Positions 1 to 14,257 of a DNA stretch of 64,000 nt are shown piece by piece. The notes under the pieces were generated by a model. That model saw only the letters and a program-made list of their open reading frames with translations, had not been told where the DNA came from and ran no database searches. Source of the stretch: Eledone cirrhosa (lineage: Eukaryota); contig OZ024743.1 in the NCBI GenBank assembly GCA_964016885.1, positions 149,358,001 to 149,422,000 of the forward strand, written 5' to 3'. How positions within the stretch are numbered: the stretch's first letter is position 1; each line of letters starts with the position of its first letter. Made by a program: the position numbers and the translations under genes.

Positions 1-275
1 AGCTGTGTATTTCAATCTGGTTTATGAAGATTATGAACAGAGAAGGTGACAGTTTGCAACCTTAGCAGTGTCCAAAAGTCACACTGAATAGTTTCTACTT
101 AGCATCATTTATCCAAATAGAAATACTACAGAATTTATTGTGTGGGGACTTCAGATCATCAAGAAGCTGATCATCTATCTCATATGCCTACAGAACCTTC
201 CACAGGTCCCATGGAATGCAGTGATAAGCCTTTTCAAGGTCTATGAAACATGCATACACCTCGTGGCAATACTCT
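1..275 (-). mobile_element. Degraded RTE-clade LINE reverse-transcriptase fragment
   Basis: Minus-strand translation gives EVYACFIDLEKAYHCIPWDLWKVL* and GCKLSPSLFIIFINQI, non-LTR RT motifs, with stops. Confidence 0.75.
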
Positions 276-3200
276 CACAATTGTAAAAGCATTTCATAAG
301 TATTAAAGAACACAGGATTAAGTGATATTGAAAACAGTTGTAATTAATTTGAAGCTATTGTTGACCATAATATTTTATTATTTTTCTTGAAATACTTTAA
401 ATCTTAAAAGAATCTTTAAAATCAGTAAAAACCAGAATATCAGTAAGAAGACCTCCTATCAAGTATTTCTATAATGCATGAAAATGAGAGTAACCAAAAG
501 TAACCCATGCATCCAAATATTGGAATTGGTCAGCAACAATACTTGAAAGAAGAAAAAAATGACATTAATGACTGCACTTAATCCCAGCTTTATGACATTA
601 GATCTGTATTGCTCATAATGTTCATGAAAACTATCATGAGAGCAGCTCAAGAATAACAATAAGCATCCCATATAAAATTAGTCATGAAAACAATGGGATT
701 TCTGCTGTCCCAGAGCTCACTGTGTTTGGCAGAAGAAATGTAAGTTTTTCTATAGTAAAACCTACAGCTCTCACTCACAATTGAGTATGAATTGATAGTA
801 TAAATTATGTTTGAAATGTCTGTTATAGGTGCTGATGTAGTCATAAGAGACACAGTCAAGAAGCAGGCAAGAGCAATATCAAAAGTATGAGTATGATGGT
901 TACATATAAAGTAAACAGAGAGAGGAAATAAAAAGATGATGAGGTGTAGGAAGAGATGTTTAAAGGAATATGGGAGACAAGATGTGATATATATACAAAC
1001 AAACATTTAGAAATATGTAATAGATTAGAGCTCTGTCTTTGAGGCCTTATTAATATATTTGAAAAAGAAAAAAATTCATTTAACAAGAGCTTTAATTACT
1101 ACACATTTCTTAAAGGTGCTAAAGCTCAATGGATATCCAGTATTCACTGACAGTGTCTTCAGAGACCTACTCCCAGGAAACATAAGACCTCTTCGAAGAT
1201 AGCTATTGCTAACTGCAAGGCCATCCACAGGAAGGGATTGGATATACAGTTAGTCCACTCTGCCCCATCTGCAACATAGACATATGTGATATATAGTATC
1301 CAAGGAATGTTTTCCACCAGCAACACAATCCATGTCTGAGATCACCTAAATACACATGCACACAACTTCAAGAAACATAACTAAGGGCAAACCACAAATA
1401 AAGATATTGCAGTGAACATTGAAGCCAAGAATAGGAATACTGGTAATTTTCAAATCAACAAGAGACTAGAAATCAACACCCAGCAGCTAACATAGAAAGA
1501 CTTACTACCACACTTCATCCCTCTTCAAAAGTAGATACAACCATAGCTTAGATCATAACATACCTTTGAATACATATCAAATAATCCATTAACCACTTCC
1601 AAAATTGAAAAACAAACACCACTTATAGATTTAGAAATGCCAGCATAAGAATGACCCATAATTCGTTTCCTCAACTCTTCTTTTGATAAAGCAATTTTAT
1701 CCTGAAATATTAAGGACTATTAAACAACTATAGTGTAACATTTCAACATCTTTGTTATCATAATTTTAAGCATTTAATGCCCCATTTGCATTGCTGTAGC
1801 CTTCTAATAATGCACACTATTTTCTAAACTTTATAGAATGTTTCAAGCAAATTACAACTGCCTCTTAATATATCTTTAGTTTAATATTTCAAGTAAAGGC
1901 TAATGCATATATTATGTTCACATAATAAAGATAAATTTAACCTCTGCAAGATTTAATATCTTAAAAAAGATAATAAATAAAGCCAAAAAGAAATATAGTA
2001 ACAATGTTATAAAAATCTGCATATTGTTTGAACCAACGATCAGCTGAGTATTAACCCTGTTGATGGTCTTTTTATATTAATGCGATGACAAAATTCAATC
2101 CAATTCAAACAGGGTGATATATGATTCAAGGCATTTGACTACATCACACTACTGACCTTTTATATATACACTCACATCCCTGATTTGATGTTTTCTAACT
2201 ATAAATCTAGAAAAGAGTTAATCAGTGATTTAACTCTATATTAAATTTCATGTTGAAAATAAGTTATATCAATTTCGTTATATGTTCACATAATAAAAAT
2301 GAAGTTGATCTCAGCAGGAATCAAACTCATAACATAAACATATGTGTACCATGATAGTAAAAGAAGAAAAAATAAAAATTAGAAAATTCAGCTAAGCAAA
2401 CTGAACAATCTTTGTTTTGATTTTTGGAAACTAAAGAGTTGATGTGATATACAGATACATATATATACACAGAGACTAACATTTAAAAATACATAAAATA
2501 ATAGATATATACGAGTGCTACAGTGATCTGAATAATGATGGCAATAGCATTGAACATAGTTAACTTTTGAAGCTCAGGATTATTAGTTACATTAATGGGA
2601 AACTTTTACTAACACATTACAATTTTGACACGGTTTCTGTGAATGTTCTTCCTAACACCAACTACTTTATAGAGTGTACTGGTTGTATTTTGTCATGGCA
2701 CCAGAACTAGAGAGGTTGTCATGTCTTCACTACAACTGCAGGCCTCTCTACACTACATTGTCTCTAATCAGTTGCCAATCACTTTAACAAGTTTAATGGG
2801 TGCATTTTGTTATACCACCAACACTTTAATGGTTACGTTGTCCCCTGAAAGTCTAAAGAACTACAAATTTGTTGGTGGAATAAAAAAACATACTGACTGA
2901 TGATGTGTATATATGCAGCTTTAATTGTAAAGTCTCTCAAAAGACTTGCAGGAGACTGACAGGCTTAAAGAAACACCAGTGAAAGCATAATTCTTTTTAA
3001 TAGCCTGTGATGGTTTTCTTCAGGACAGCCATCATAATGAATGAACACCATCAGAAGAAAGCACATTCTAATAACAGTATATTAGTCTAATGCTTAAATG
3101 GAGTGATAATAGACCCTTAACATTTCGGATGCTGATTCTTCATCAAAATGGATAACAGAAAAAAAGAGAGGATTCTTTCAAGGAGAAAGTTTAAGGAAGT

Positions 3201-3794
3201 CAGAAGGAAGCTGAAAAGACTTCAGCCAGAGAGAGGTTTCAAACAGAAGTAGAGAGAAAATGTGTGTGCATGTGTATGAGTGTGGTAATGTACATATGTG
3301 TGCATGTGGGTCAATTGTATTGAAGTAATTACTCATCATCATCATTTAATGTCTGTTTTCCCTAGAGAGAAAGAACTAGAAGTAAGTAGATGGCTATGGT
3401 AGGGGTATTTTTTTTTTTAAATTGATTATGTTCGTGTGTGTGTGTGGAATTATTGTGAAAAAGTGTGTTTGAACGCAACAGTACGTCTGATTAGCTGATG
3501 TGTATGAAGTGTTTGTGTGGTGGGAGAAGTCCTGAGAGTTGTGGGGTTTATATGAGTGTATAAAATGTTACTGCATATATGTGTGCTACCCATACTTCCA
3601 AACAAGCTTTTGAATTTACAAATGCAAGCAGGGAAGAGTTGTTGCATGTAATAGAATTGATTTATTCTAAGTCAAACCTTCTCCTATCAAGTGGCTCTCT
3701 TGTTAATGATGTTATTTAACCTTAGATCAACCCTGATTGAGCAGACTTCTGATCAAAGACATTCTCATCTGTCTAAAGTCTAAAGTCTAAAGTC

Positions 3795-4040
3795 TGTCTC
3801 AAGCCAGGAGGCTTGTCAGGCTTGGTTTTGTGACATGAAGTGACTGAGAGTACAAGACTCCCACCTGGACAGGATGCCAGTCTACTGCAGGATTAAATCC
3901 CCAGCTATACAGAATATACTGGAGCAGCAGGAAATTAAATGTTTTGCTCAAGAACACAACACACAACCCAGCCCAGGAATCGAACCCACAACATTATGAT
4001 CATAAGTTCAACACTCTTACCACTAGGCTATACACCTCCA
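3795..4040 (-). mobile_element. tRNA-derived SINE, diverged
   Basis: Minus strand has an A-box-like tagcctagtggtaaga, a B-box gggttcgattcc and a CORE-like gtgttcttgagcaaaacattt. A partial copy of the tail lies at about 29245-29355. Confidence 0.65.
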
Positions 4041-4279
4041 CATTCTCATCTAGTAGACTTAATCCATCCTTCAGTTTAACACCACAACTTGGTTCGTGTA
4101 AGTATGCAGATTAGTTCTCCAGTTTAAGGATGCCTCTTCTTCCTCCCTCTTTCCAACTTGGACACCATGAAAAACTTAATGAGCACTACCCTTCCTTCCC
4201 TAACTAAATAGTAAAAAGAAAAGTGGTCATGTTGACTTATTCAGAGTATCTTAGGTTACATTATTAAAATGTCCTTAAA

Positions 4280-4475
4280 AGGGCGGTGAATTGGCAGTAT
4301 CAGTAGAGGGTCGAACGCCATGCTTTGACGCACAGAGTTACGGACCTTGCCAATCTGAGTTCAAATCCCGCCGAGGTTAACTTTGCCTTTCATCCTTACG
4401 GGGTCGATAAAATAAAGTACCCGTAATGTACTGGGTAATTGCTGGCCTTGTGCCAAAAGTAGAAACAATTATTAA
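4280..4475 (+). mobile_element. tRNA-derived SINE with Meta/MESC-like central domain (family A)
   Basis: ggcggtgaattggcagtatc A-box, gagttcaaatccc B-box, ttgcctttcatccttacggggtcgataaaataaagtacc core, and tail ggccttgtgccaaaagtagaaacaattatt. More than 15 copies in the window. Confidence 0.9.
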
Positions 4476-4654
4476 AATGTCCTTCTCATTTTGAAGGTGG
4501 TAAAGTATCATTTGTCTGCTATCTTTGGCAGATCAGATAACAACAGAGGCCCTTGATGATGGTCATTGTAGTGAAGAAAATAATGGTAGTGGCAATGATC
4601 AGTGATTATAATGAAGATGTTGATAATGATGACAGTGGTGGTGGTGGTGGCAGT

Positions 4655-4915
4655 CATCATCATCATCATCACTGTTTTACGTCCATTTTTCACACACTAG
4701 CATGGGTTAGAGGAGTAATCCTGTTGTGGGCAATGCTAGGTCAGGTGATCATGTCTTGCTTATACAGAACTGATTTTGTCTTGGTTTCTACATCTAGATA
4801 CCCTTCCTAATGCCAACCTCATTTACAGTAAGTATTGGGTGCTTTATGTCATGACGCTTATACTGCCACTGTACAGTGTGGACTAGGTGCTTTTTGTCAT
4901 GACACCTACACATGA
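4655..4915 (-). mobile_element. RTE LINE/SINE 3' tail fragment
   Basis: Reverse complement of the RTE 3' UTR at about 27900-28170, ending in (GAT)n. Confidence 0.75.
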
Positions 4916-5491
4916 TAAGTAATATTAATAGTGATAGTTGTGACCATCCTCATTAAGATGTTGATGATTGTGGTAGGAAATATATTAATTACTTGCAAAA
5001 TATCCTGTTAAATACTTTATTATTTCATTGTTGTTGCTCTTTAAAGTATAGATATGAGGGTGAATGAAGGAGAGAGAAAGATACAGAAAGAGAAAGATAT
5101 AGTTAGAAAAAGAGAGGATGAATGGAAAATAAAAATAAATAGTTTATGTGTGTTTGAGAGTGGGTGTGTATGTTCATGCATGGAAGAAGAAAGAAATATT
5201 GGGGAAAATAGAACAAGTGAATGATAAGAAGAAAATGAAAAAGAAACAGACAGAAAGAATTGAATAAATACAAACAAGAAAGGCTGAGAAAGAGAAGCAG
5301 AGAGAGAGGGGGAGATAGAGAGATAGTGATTAAAAAGTGATAAAGAGAATAGAATACAAAGTGATAGTAAATGGAAAGAGATGGTAAATGGCAAGTGAGA
5401 GAAAGAGAGAAAGAGAGAGATGGACAATCAGACAGACAAGCAGATAGATAGACATATAGATAGATAAACAGATAGACAGGTAGATAGATAT

Positions 5492-5872
5492 GTTTCTTTA
5501 TTAGCCACAGGGGCACAAAAGAAGGGGACAAATACAAAGGGGGAAGTTTACATACAATAAAAACGTGTAAAATGTTATCACAAATGCAATTTAAAAAGTT
5601 AGTCGATTTTCCCCAATAGAGGGAGACAGTTTATATGGGTAACACATACCCCCGAAAAAATGTGCAACCCTCATCTCCAGGAGTACGAAGAGTTTGTACT
5701 CCTTTCCTCTCCTCCTCCTTTTCCTCAACCTACAGGCTGATATAGAGAGAAGGCCCATTCACTCGGGCCATTCTCGCCACTTTCACCCACCTTTCATAAA
5801 ACTTGCTGGAGTACAGCACCTCTCTCTCCATCCTGATTCTTCTTCCAAAGTGGTATTTGAAAAAAAGAATCA
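5492..5872 (-). mobile_element. Tx1/L1-like non-LTR retrotransposon 3' end inside (GATA)n
   Basis: Minus frame LILFFKYHFGRRIRMEREVLYSSKFYERWVKVARMARVNGPSLYISL*, then a UTR ending gcccctgtggctaataaagaaac; (AGAT)n on both flanks. Confidence 0.6.
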
Positions 5873-6544
5873 GATAGATAGATAGATAAATAGATAGAAT
5901 TAGATAGAAATATTAAACCGTCATTAAATTTGGACAATGGAAAAAATTAAATATACATTATCTCCATTGATTCAACTCATTACGTAACTCCACCATCAAT
6001 CCCCACCTCTCATTTACTAACTCTTCCATTTCTCCCCTCCACACCCTCCTCCCCTTCTTCTCATCTACATATGCTTCTTCCTTTCTTTCTCTATATTTCT
6101 TTCTTCTCCTTACTCTTTTTCCTCTATTATCTGTTGTTCTCTTTTTCAGCCATTTTGTGTAATTTGTTCTTTTTTCCTTTGTTTGATTTTTCATGTAATA
6201 TTTTCCTTTATTCAAATGTCTTTCATTTTTCTCCTTTCTTCTTTTGGTATTCTTATCTTTACTTCTTTCTTTTATTCTAACCCCTTTTAAAATGTTTTCT
6301 TTTCTTTGTCAGTTTCTGTTTTCTTTATTAATTTATTTGTTTTTTTTATCTAATAACTCCGATTTTTTATTTCTTCATTTCTCACCCTGTTTCTGTGTTT
6401 CTTTCTTTCTTACTATCTCTCTCTTTCTCTCTCACTCTCTGCCTATCTGACTGTCTATCTATCTATCAATCTATCCTCTTTTCCTATTTATCTTTTTATT
6501 TTTTGTTTATATGCCTATTTGTGTGCATACATGTAAAAATGTGC

Positions 6545-6579
<35 letters not shown>

Positions 6580-6968
6580 TTTACACATACACCAATTAAA
6601 CAAAGTCACAGGTATATATGTGTTTTTGTAACTTTTCACGATGTGGCTCAATGGAGAATTAATAAATTAATCAGAGCGAAATACTATAGAGTAAAGCATG
6701 TCCAGAGAATTATTTGATAATATATATACATCATCTCTCCTCCCAATCTGCATAATTAACCACACAAAGAATCAATTAGACCAGGCTATAAGAATAAAAG
6801 GCATCTATGAAGAAACAGTAAATAAATATGCTATCGTGGCGTCTGTGCATGCAACCGCTATAGAATATTTACTCAACATTTCAACAGCACGTGGGAAATT
6901 AATTAAATACACGGTCAACCATACATAATTAGGTAAAAATTAATGTTAGAAATGCTTATATACAAACC

Positions 6969-7470
<502 letters not shown>

Positions 7471-7788
7471 TATATATATATTTATGCACACATATTTGCT
7501 TGCGTTTGCATATGATTTCACATATATATTTTCATGGTTAGTGGTTTGATGTGTGAAGATCAATGTAACAATTATCATACTTAAAAATAGGCAAGTGTTG
7601 GTGATGGGAAGGGCATCTGGCTGTAAAATACTGCTTCAATAAACCTCATCCAACCCATGCCAGTATCGAACTGTATATGTAAGTGGTGATGATGTTGATG
7701 ATGATGATAATGATGGATCCGGGACTATATTATTTTGGATATACATGTCTCTTTCAGTTTTTCAAGAGAACACTGTATGGTGGTTTAA

Positions 7789-8004
7789 CCCTTTTACCAC
7801 CATATTTCTAATGAAAGACTTTCTGCCCCTATTAATTAATGAAGAATTTTTAGGAATTTACTAAAAATGTTTAATTATTTCATTGCTACGGTTCTTATAT
7901 GAAATTAATTTGGAAAATTTTAATTCAAATAGAAATTATTTAAAATGGTTGACTTTGTTTCATAGAACCAGAGTCAGCTTTGGCTGAGTTCGCAACAAAT
8001 GGGT
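7789..8004. mobile_element. Degenerate piggyBac-like MITE
   Basis: ttaa-cccttttacc left end and degenerate caacaaatggg right end. Confidence 0.4.
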
Positions 8005-8036
8005 CAGATATTTTTCCAGGCTTGTATGCATCAAAA

Positions 8037-8305
8037 TCATCATCATCACCGCTTTACGTCCATTCTACCATGCTAGCACGGGTTAGACGGGTTGTCATGT
8101 TGTGGGCAGTGTCCAGTCGGCTGACCTTTTCTTGCTCTTACAGGAACTGATTCTGGCTTGATTTCTACAGCTAGATGCCCTTCCTAACACCAACCTCATT
8201 TACAGTGAGTGATGGGTACTTTTTTTTCAATGGCGTCTACACGTCCACTCTACAGTGAGGGCTGGGTGCTTTTTTGCCGTGGCACCTCCAGACCACTTTT
8301 CAGTG
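8037..8305 (-). mobile_element. RTE LINE 3' UTR fragment
   Basis: Closely matches the reverse complement of 18310-18570, with (GAT)n tail. Confidence 0.85.
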
Positions 8306-8621
8306 TATATAAATATTTTATAAGGTGTTGTTGACTAATGTTGAAATCACAGATACTCATTGTAACACAAGAATTTAACATTCTCAATTATTTCTAAATT
8401 GTTGAAGTAATCAATTACACAGTTGAATGTCCTTATTATTATTAACAGCCTGGACAGTATCTTGTTTGCCAGTCTGTGAGGCTCCTAAATGTAAAGTTAT
8501 ATGCTTTGCCAAAGAATTCAACATAACAAGAGAGGCTGTAAAAATAAGGTTATGTTTGTCTTCATAACAAAGTGATCAGTTGTCTAGCACTTCATCTGAC
8601 AAGCTGGTCAGTTGACTAGCT

Positions 8622-8798
8622 CAGTGGTTCCCAAAGTGGATTCCACAGAACGCAAAGGTTCCGCAAAGGGGTATCTGGGGTTCCACAAATAAAGGTAGAC
8701 AAGTATACTTATATTACGACCATATTAGACTTTGGGGTTCCCCTAAAAGTTTCTGGACCAAAAAGGGTTCCACGTTTGAAAAAGTTTGGGAAACCCTG
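8622..8798. mobile_element. hAT (Charlie-like) MITE
   Basis: TIRs cagtggttcccaaa / tttgggaaaccctg; 8-bp TSD gactagct / gtctagct (7 of 8 match). Confidence 0.85.
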
Positions 8799-9081
8799 GT
8801 CTAGCTGTTTAGTCTTACAACCATTGACTATCTTTATAAGAGTACACATATAAGAAAACTGTTACATGAAGATGCTACTTGAATACATCAATTAAAACAT
8901 AGTGTAGATAAACACCCAACATTTGATGTCAATGTTGTAATCAATGTATAAAATACTTTATACCTTTCATCTTCTTTACTTTCAAGTCTTTCACCCTTAC
9001 TTCATTTGCACTATTTATATAATTCTCTTTTGGTATAGGTCTATCTTAGTTTTCTCATAATGCAAATTGTATTGTATTCTC

Positions 9082-9170
<89 letters not shown>

Positions 9171-9286
9171 ACTTGTGTTTCATGCACACTTCCAAACTTT
9201 CACACACAAGCATGCATACTCCTCCCCAACACACACTCACATACATAAACAAACACACACACACAAAACAATTTCTACTGCTTCTA

Positions 9287-9321
<35 letters not shown>

Positions 9322-10247
9322 GCTATCTTTATCTACCAATACATTCACCACCCCCACTAACGTTATAACAGCACACCCACTCTTATTCTTTCTACCACCA
9401 CCACAATTACCGCCACCAACAACAACAACTGAAACAATAATAACAGCAACAACAACACATTCACTTCCTTCCCCTTACCATTGCTTTAACAATAAAGCTT
9501 ATTAGTAATTGGTTCCTGTAAAGGCATTGATAGACTCCCCCCCCCCCATTACCATCATACACACCATCACATACCCAACACAACAACCAATTCCTACACA
9601 ACTACTATCGCTACTATCAATATTACTAGATTCCCATAACAGCATAAAAAAGTCAACACCAACACCAAAAGCAGCGCCACCATTAAAATCTACATCAATA
9701 CTAAAACCAACACCAAAACCAACATCAACCCCAACACTAACACTAGCATTAATAACCAACACCAATATGACATTAACATATCCACCACCACCACCACCAC
9801 TACCATTACTACTACCACTACCCTTTCAAAGAATTTATCAGTAATGCCTTACCATCTCCATCATCATTAGAACTAACAACAACATTGATAGCATCAACAA
9901 TATTTTATCACCTCTGCCACCGCTAACCTGCGCAACATCACCACAGCCACCAACCAACACCAAATCACCAACACATCACCAGGAAACATTTATGTGGTCG
10001 CTTAATCTGCTAGAAATATCAAACAAATCTCTATCAAATTGTAGCTAATTATTTTAAAAGAGACACATTGGGTAACATAGTCTTCGTAATAGGTAAAAGA
10101 TGGGATGCATGCTGCTATAATGTATTTGATCATAGGTATGCTTAACCAAGGTTGACTTAGGACTAAAAAACAACATCAACAACAACCATTTGAAGCCAAT
10201 GAAAGAAGCTCTATATGGTCACTCAACTTGCTACAAATAATAATTAA

Positions 10248-10469
10248 CCCCTTTAGCATTTAAACCAGCCATATCCGGCCAGAATTCTTTCACCTCTCTC
10301 TGATCAAACCGGCTGTAACTGGCCACTCATACTGATATTAAGGTATTGTTCTCAAAATAAATAATATCAAAATCTCATAGATTCGATATTATGTGAGATA
10401 ATTATGTGAGGTAAAGACTTAACTATGAAAATATAATAGTATATATAGAGTAATGTAAATGTTGAAGGG
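10248..10469. mobile_element. piggyBac-like MITE
   Basis: TTAA|cccctttagcattta ... taaatgttgaaggg|TTAA. Confidence 0.8.
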
Positions 10470-10599
10470 TTAATAAGAGACCTTGCAATCTTAAAAGAAG
10501 GAAAGGGCACAACTAATGATGGATCGTCCAACAGTTTTGATGATAACCATTCAGTTGTTTGGATATTGTCTGAATATCTGAATCAAGAATTAACATATA

Positions 10600-10870
10600 A
10601 GTGGTTGAGTATTCCAATGACATATGTATCCTTAACGTAGTTCTCAGCCAGAATCAGCATGACACAATATACGCAATGACTGAGCTTTTGAATGACAATT
10701 ACAATCTATCCGACAGCCTTCCACACAGTTTACATCTGGTCAGTTTCATTCACAAAAATTGGGCAACTTCGAGGCAATGGAAAAGATACTTGTCCCAAGA
10801 TGCCATGCATTGGGAACAAATTCCAAATATCATGATTGTGAAGCAAACTTCTTAACCATTCAGCAATGCC
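10600..10870 (-). mobile_element. Old tRNA-derived SINE (family C)
   Basis: Degenerate tRNA head and catcttgggacaagt CORE-like motif; related copy at about 39010-39265. Confidence 0.55.
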
Positions 10871-10987
10871 TGTCTTCACATACATTAGATAATGTAGTTC
10901 TAGATATCCCTAAAAGACAGGATGTCAAAGAAATAAACTATAACAGCAAACCCCAACTCATGAACCCCAACTCTGCTTCTGCTGCTG

Positions 10988-11042
<55 letters not shown>

Positions 11043-11319
11043 CAGCACCATCACCACCACTACCACTATCACCACCACCATCACCACTACCATCACCATC
11101 ATCACCACTACTACTACTACTACTATCACACACTTCCATCAATAGCACCATCCTTAAAACTACTTTTACCAGAACTACACGCCACCACCAACACCACCAC
11201 TATTACCACTGTCACAATTAAATACATTACACGGCACTTTTTCTATTACTACAACTACCACAAACATCCTTCTCCTTCCCATGTATACATATCTATTCCT
11301 TCATTACCATCATCAGAAC

Positions 11320-11320
11320 T

Positions 11321-11359
<39 letters not shown>

Positions 11360-11810
11360 TATGCATATGTATCTATATATATACACACATACATTCACAT
11401 ACACATACATACACATATACATACATTCCCATGCACATATATACACATATATATACACATACATACACATATGCATATGTATCCATATATATACACACAT
11501 ACATTCACATACGCACACATACACACACATATAGTCACACAAAAGTACATATATACACATGGAAACACACATATACACACATGCACACCCATATATGTAC
11601 ATATAAATATACATATATATATATACACAAGTACACACACATATATATGCATATTCACACATCCACAAAAACCTACATACACATGTATTTCACATGCACA
11701 TGCACACAGATACATATATACAAATACAGTCACATGTATGCATACATGGATGCATGTATGCAGACATACCTGCACACACATACCTGCACACATAAAAAAA
11801 CACATACATG
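11320..11810. repeat. Degenerate (CA/TA)n microsatellite
   Basis: Directly visible. Confidence 0.9.
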
Positions 11811-12171
11811 CCCATATGAAGGCAGTCACTTAGTACAGCTGTCAATACTGTTTTCTAATGTTTTAGCTCTTCATTTAGAGTTAATTCGATCTTTGGTTTA
11901 TTGTTGTATTGTTGTTGCAGTTGTTAACTTTTTATCAAGGTGAGGGTGATTTTGTCTTTTATATTCATTTCCTTGATTTCAACTTATTCGTCTATTACAA
12001 CCAATAGCATCACCACCATCATAACTACCACTGATAAAAGTCATTTTTACATCTTGTATATGAGCCTGCAATTATACAGACTAAGTTGAACCAGTAGAAT
12101 CCACAACATATGCATGTATGTATGTATGTGTGTATGTATGTATGTACATATGTATGCATTATGCATGTCAT

Positions 12172-12716
12172 GTCAGGTCACTCTTCAACACTACTGGTAA
12201 TATGTAACCAAGTACTACCTGTACATAAGTGTGTCATCAGAGACTAAACTGGCAACTGCCATCAAGCTTTCTTGGTGAGGAGGGTTATTTTGGACACCCT
12301 GCAGGATGAAAATAAGACACATCAAAGGGTGGAGTAACACAGGAGAGTCAATGGCCATCAAATAAAGATGTTTTTTTGTGGAGCAAGAGACTCGTAGTCT
12401 TCATTAAGAGATCTCTCTAGGAGAAGGTCACTCTGATATAAAACCAGCGACTTCATTTGCATCCAATGATGTAGATCAGTTCTACGTTTTGGGTAAATGT
12501 ATTCAATGTTCAGAGAGTGGGATTGTCCCTGCGCAAAGCCTTTCCTCATTTAAAAAAGCCTCAAACACAGGCATCACTTCATATGCAACATTTCTTTTTA
12601 TGCATGGCATTGCTCGCCATAGGCAAGTCCCTAGCAGGACTAAAAAGCCATGTCTAGGATATTCATACTTAAATATCAAGTGATGGCATTACTCAAAATC
12701 TAGTTGCAGCCATCAT
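12172..12716 (+). mobile_element. Diverged copy of RTE-related non-autonomous element (family D)
   Basis: Starts gtcaggtcac, contains tctaggagaagg, ends gcagccatc; flanked by (ATGT)n. Confidence 0.7.
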
Positions 12717-12799
12717 TATGCATGCATGTTTGTATCTATGTACTATGTATGAATATATGTTTATATGTATGCATGTGTGTATGCATGTATGTATACACA

Positions 12800-13115
12800 T
12801 ATGATCGTGCAGTTAAACCATTGGAAGTGAAGGACCCCTAGCCTTTCTCAGGGCATTCTTCTAGAAGGCAACTCAGGAAACTGGGATAACTCTGATATAA
12901 AACCTGTGGCTCAGTAGTTACCGATGATGTTGATCTTTTCTTCTTTTGGGGTTACAGCTACTGTCACTCAGAGAGTGGGATTGGCTCAGTGCACAGTCTT
13001 TGCTCACTTTAAAAAATATCTTCTCGCACAGGCATTGCACGATAGAATTAATTAATAATTATTGATAATGGTATATCGTGCAATGGCCATACTCGATAAC
13101 GAGGGGGCAGCCATC
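12800..13115 (+). mobile_element. Family D short variant
   Basis: Closely similar to 42135-42453, including the AT hairpin and the ggccatactcgataacgagggggcagccatc end. Confidence 0.8.
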
Positions 13116-13221
13116 ATGCATGTATGTAGGTATGTATGTTTTTATATATATTATATATATTCAAGGATGAAATTCCGAAGGGGGTCGTGAAAAGCCACAG
13201 TTAAATAAGCCTCAATATTTG

Positions 13222-13273
13222 GACTTTGTTGAGGATTTCATATGAATGAAACAGTTCTAAACCTGTAAGAGTC
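13222..13273 (+). ncRNA. Degenerate type I hammerhead ribozyme motif
   Basis: TTGAGGA core (C3 changed to U), stem II ttc/gaa, GAAA, stem III cag/ctg, GTA triplet; gacttt/agagtc can form stem I with one extra base. Confidence 0.5.
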
Positions 13274-14164
13274 ATTTATGGTATGTTTACATATATATTG
13301 CATTTAAATTATAGCTTCGAAATTCAACAAAAAATAGGTGGGCAAAACAGTGAGAAAAACAGGTGGGCAAATTTGTGTAATCAACTAGCACAATTATTAC
13401 AAAACTAAGAATTGTGGGTTCAATTCCTATGCATACTTGGGGCTTATATGCCTACTTTCCATAGTAAAAAAAATACAGCAAAAGTTACTAATTCAATTCA
13501 CTATTCAAATATTTATATCATAATCATTTAACGTCTATTTTCTCTCTCTATATATATATATATATAGAGAGAGAGAGTTTACAGTGCTGAGAAAAAGGCT
13601 TTCTGAACACTCGATCTGAAACTGATTGTCGCAGTGGTCATGATTTTACACATCTCTCTCTCTCTTTCTTTATATATATATAACATAATCATCATCAGTG
13701 ACATCACTTAATTAAAGACTAGATAGAGTATACTGATGATTAAGTGCTATTTCTCTTTAATTACAATTCAAACTCATGTTAACAAGGAAATACTTTAATC
13801 TTTTAAATTATGTAAGTTTAAACATAAAGAGTTTATATTAACCTGAGGCCATTATTGATACTATTAATAATGCCATAAAAATTAATGTCACTTAATTCAA
13901 GAATATTTAAAGCATTCACACACACGCACACACACACATATGATATATATTCTCCTATCTGTTTGTATTTATCATTGTTGTCATTATAAGTTATAGTCAC
14001 ATACTCCTGGTCGTTTTATTCATTGTCTCACATTTTCTTAACTTTGTGTTTAATCTGGACAAAAATGTATTAACATTTTGCACCATCAAGTTCTTTGTCA
14101 CCATCTCAAATTATTTGGTTGGTATCTGCTCTACTGCAGCTAAAACTTCGATTTATACCAAATA

Positions 14165-14249
<85 letters not shown>

Positions 14250-14257
14250 TGTATGTA

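Noticed and set aside
1100-1650. Possible old GIY-YIG/PLE remnant
   Set aside because: No motif could be recovered with confidence.
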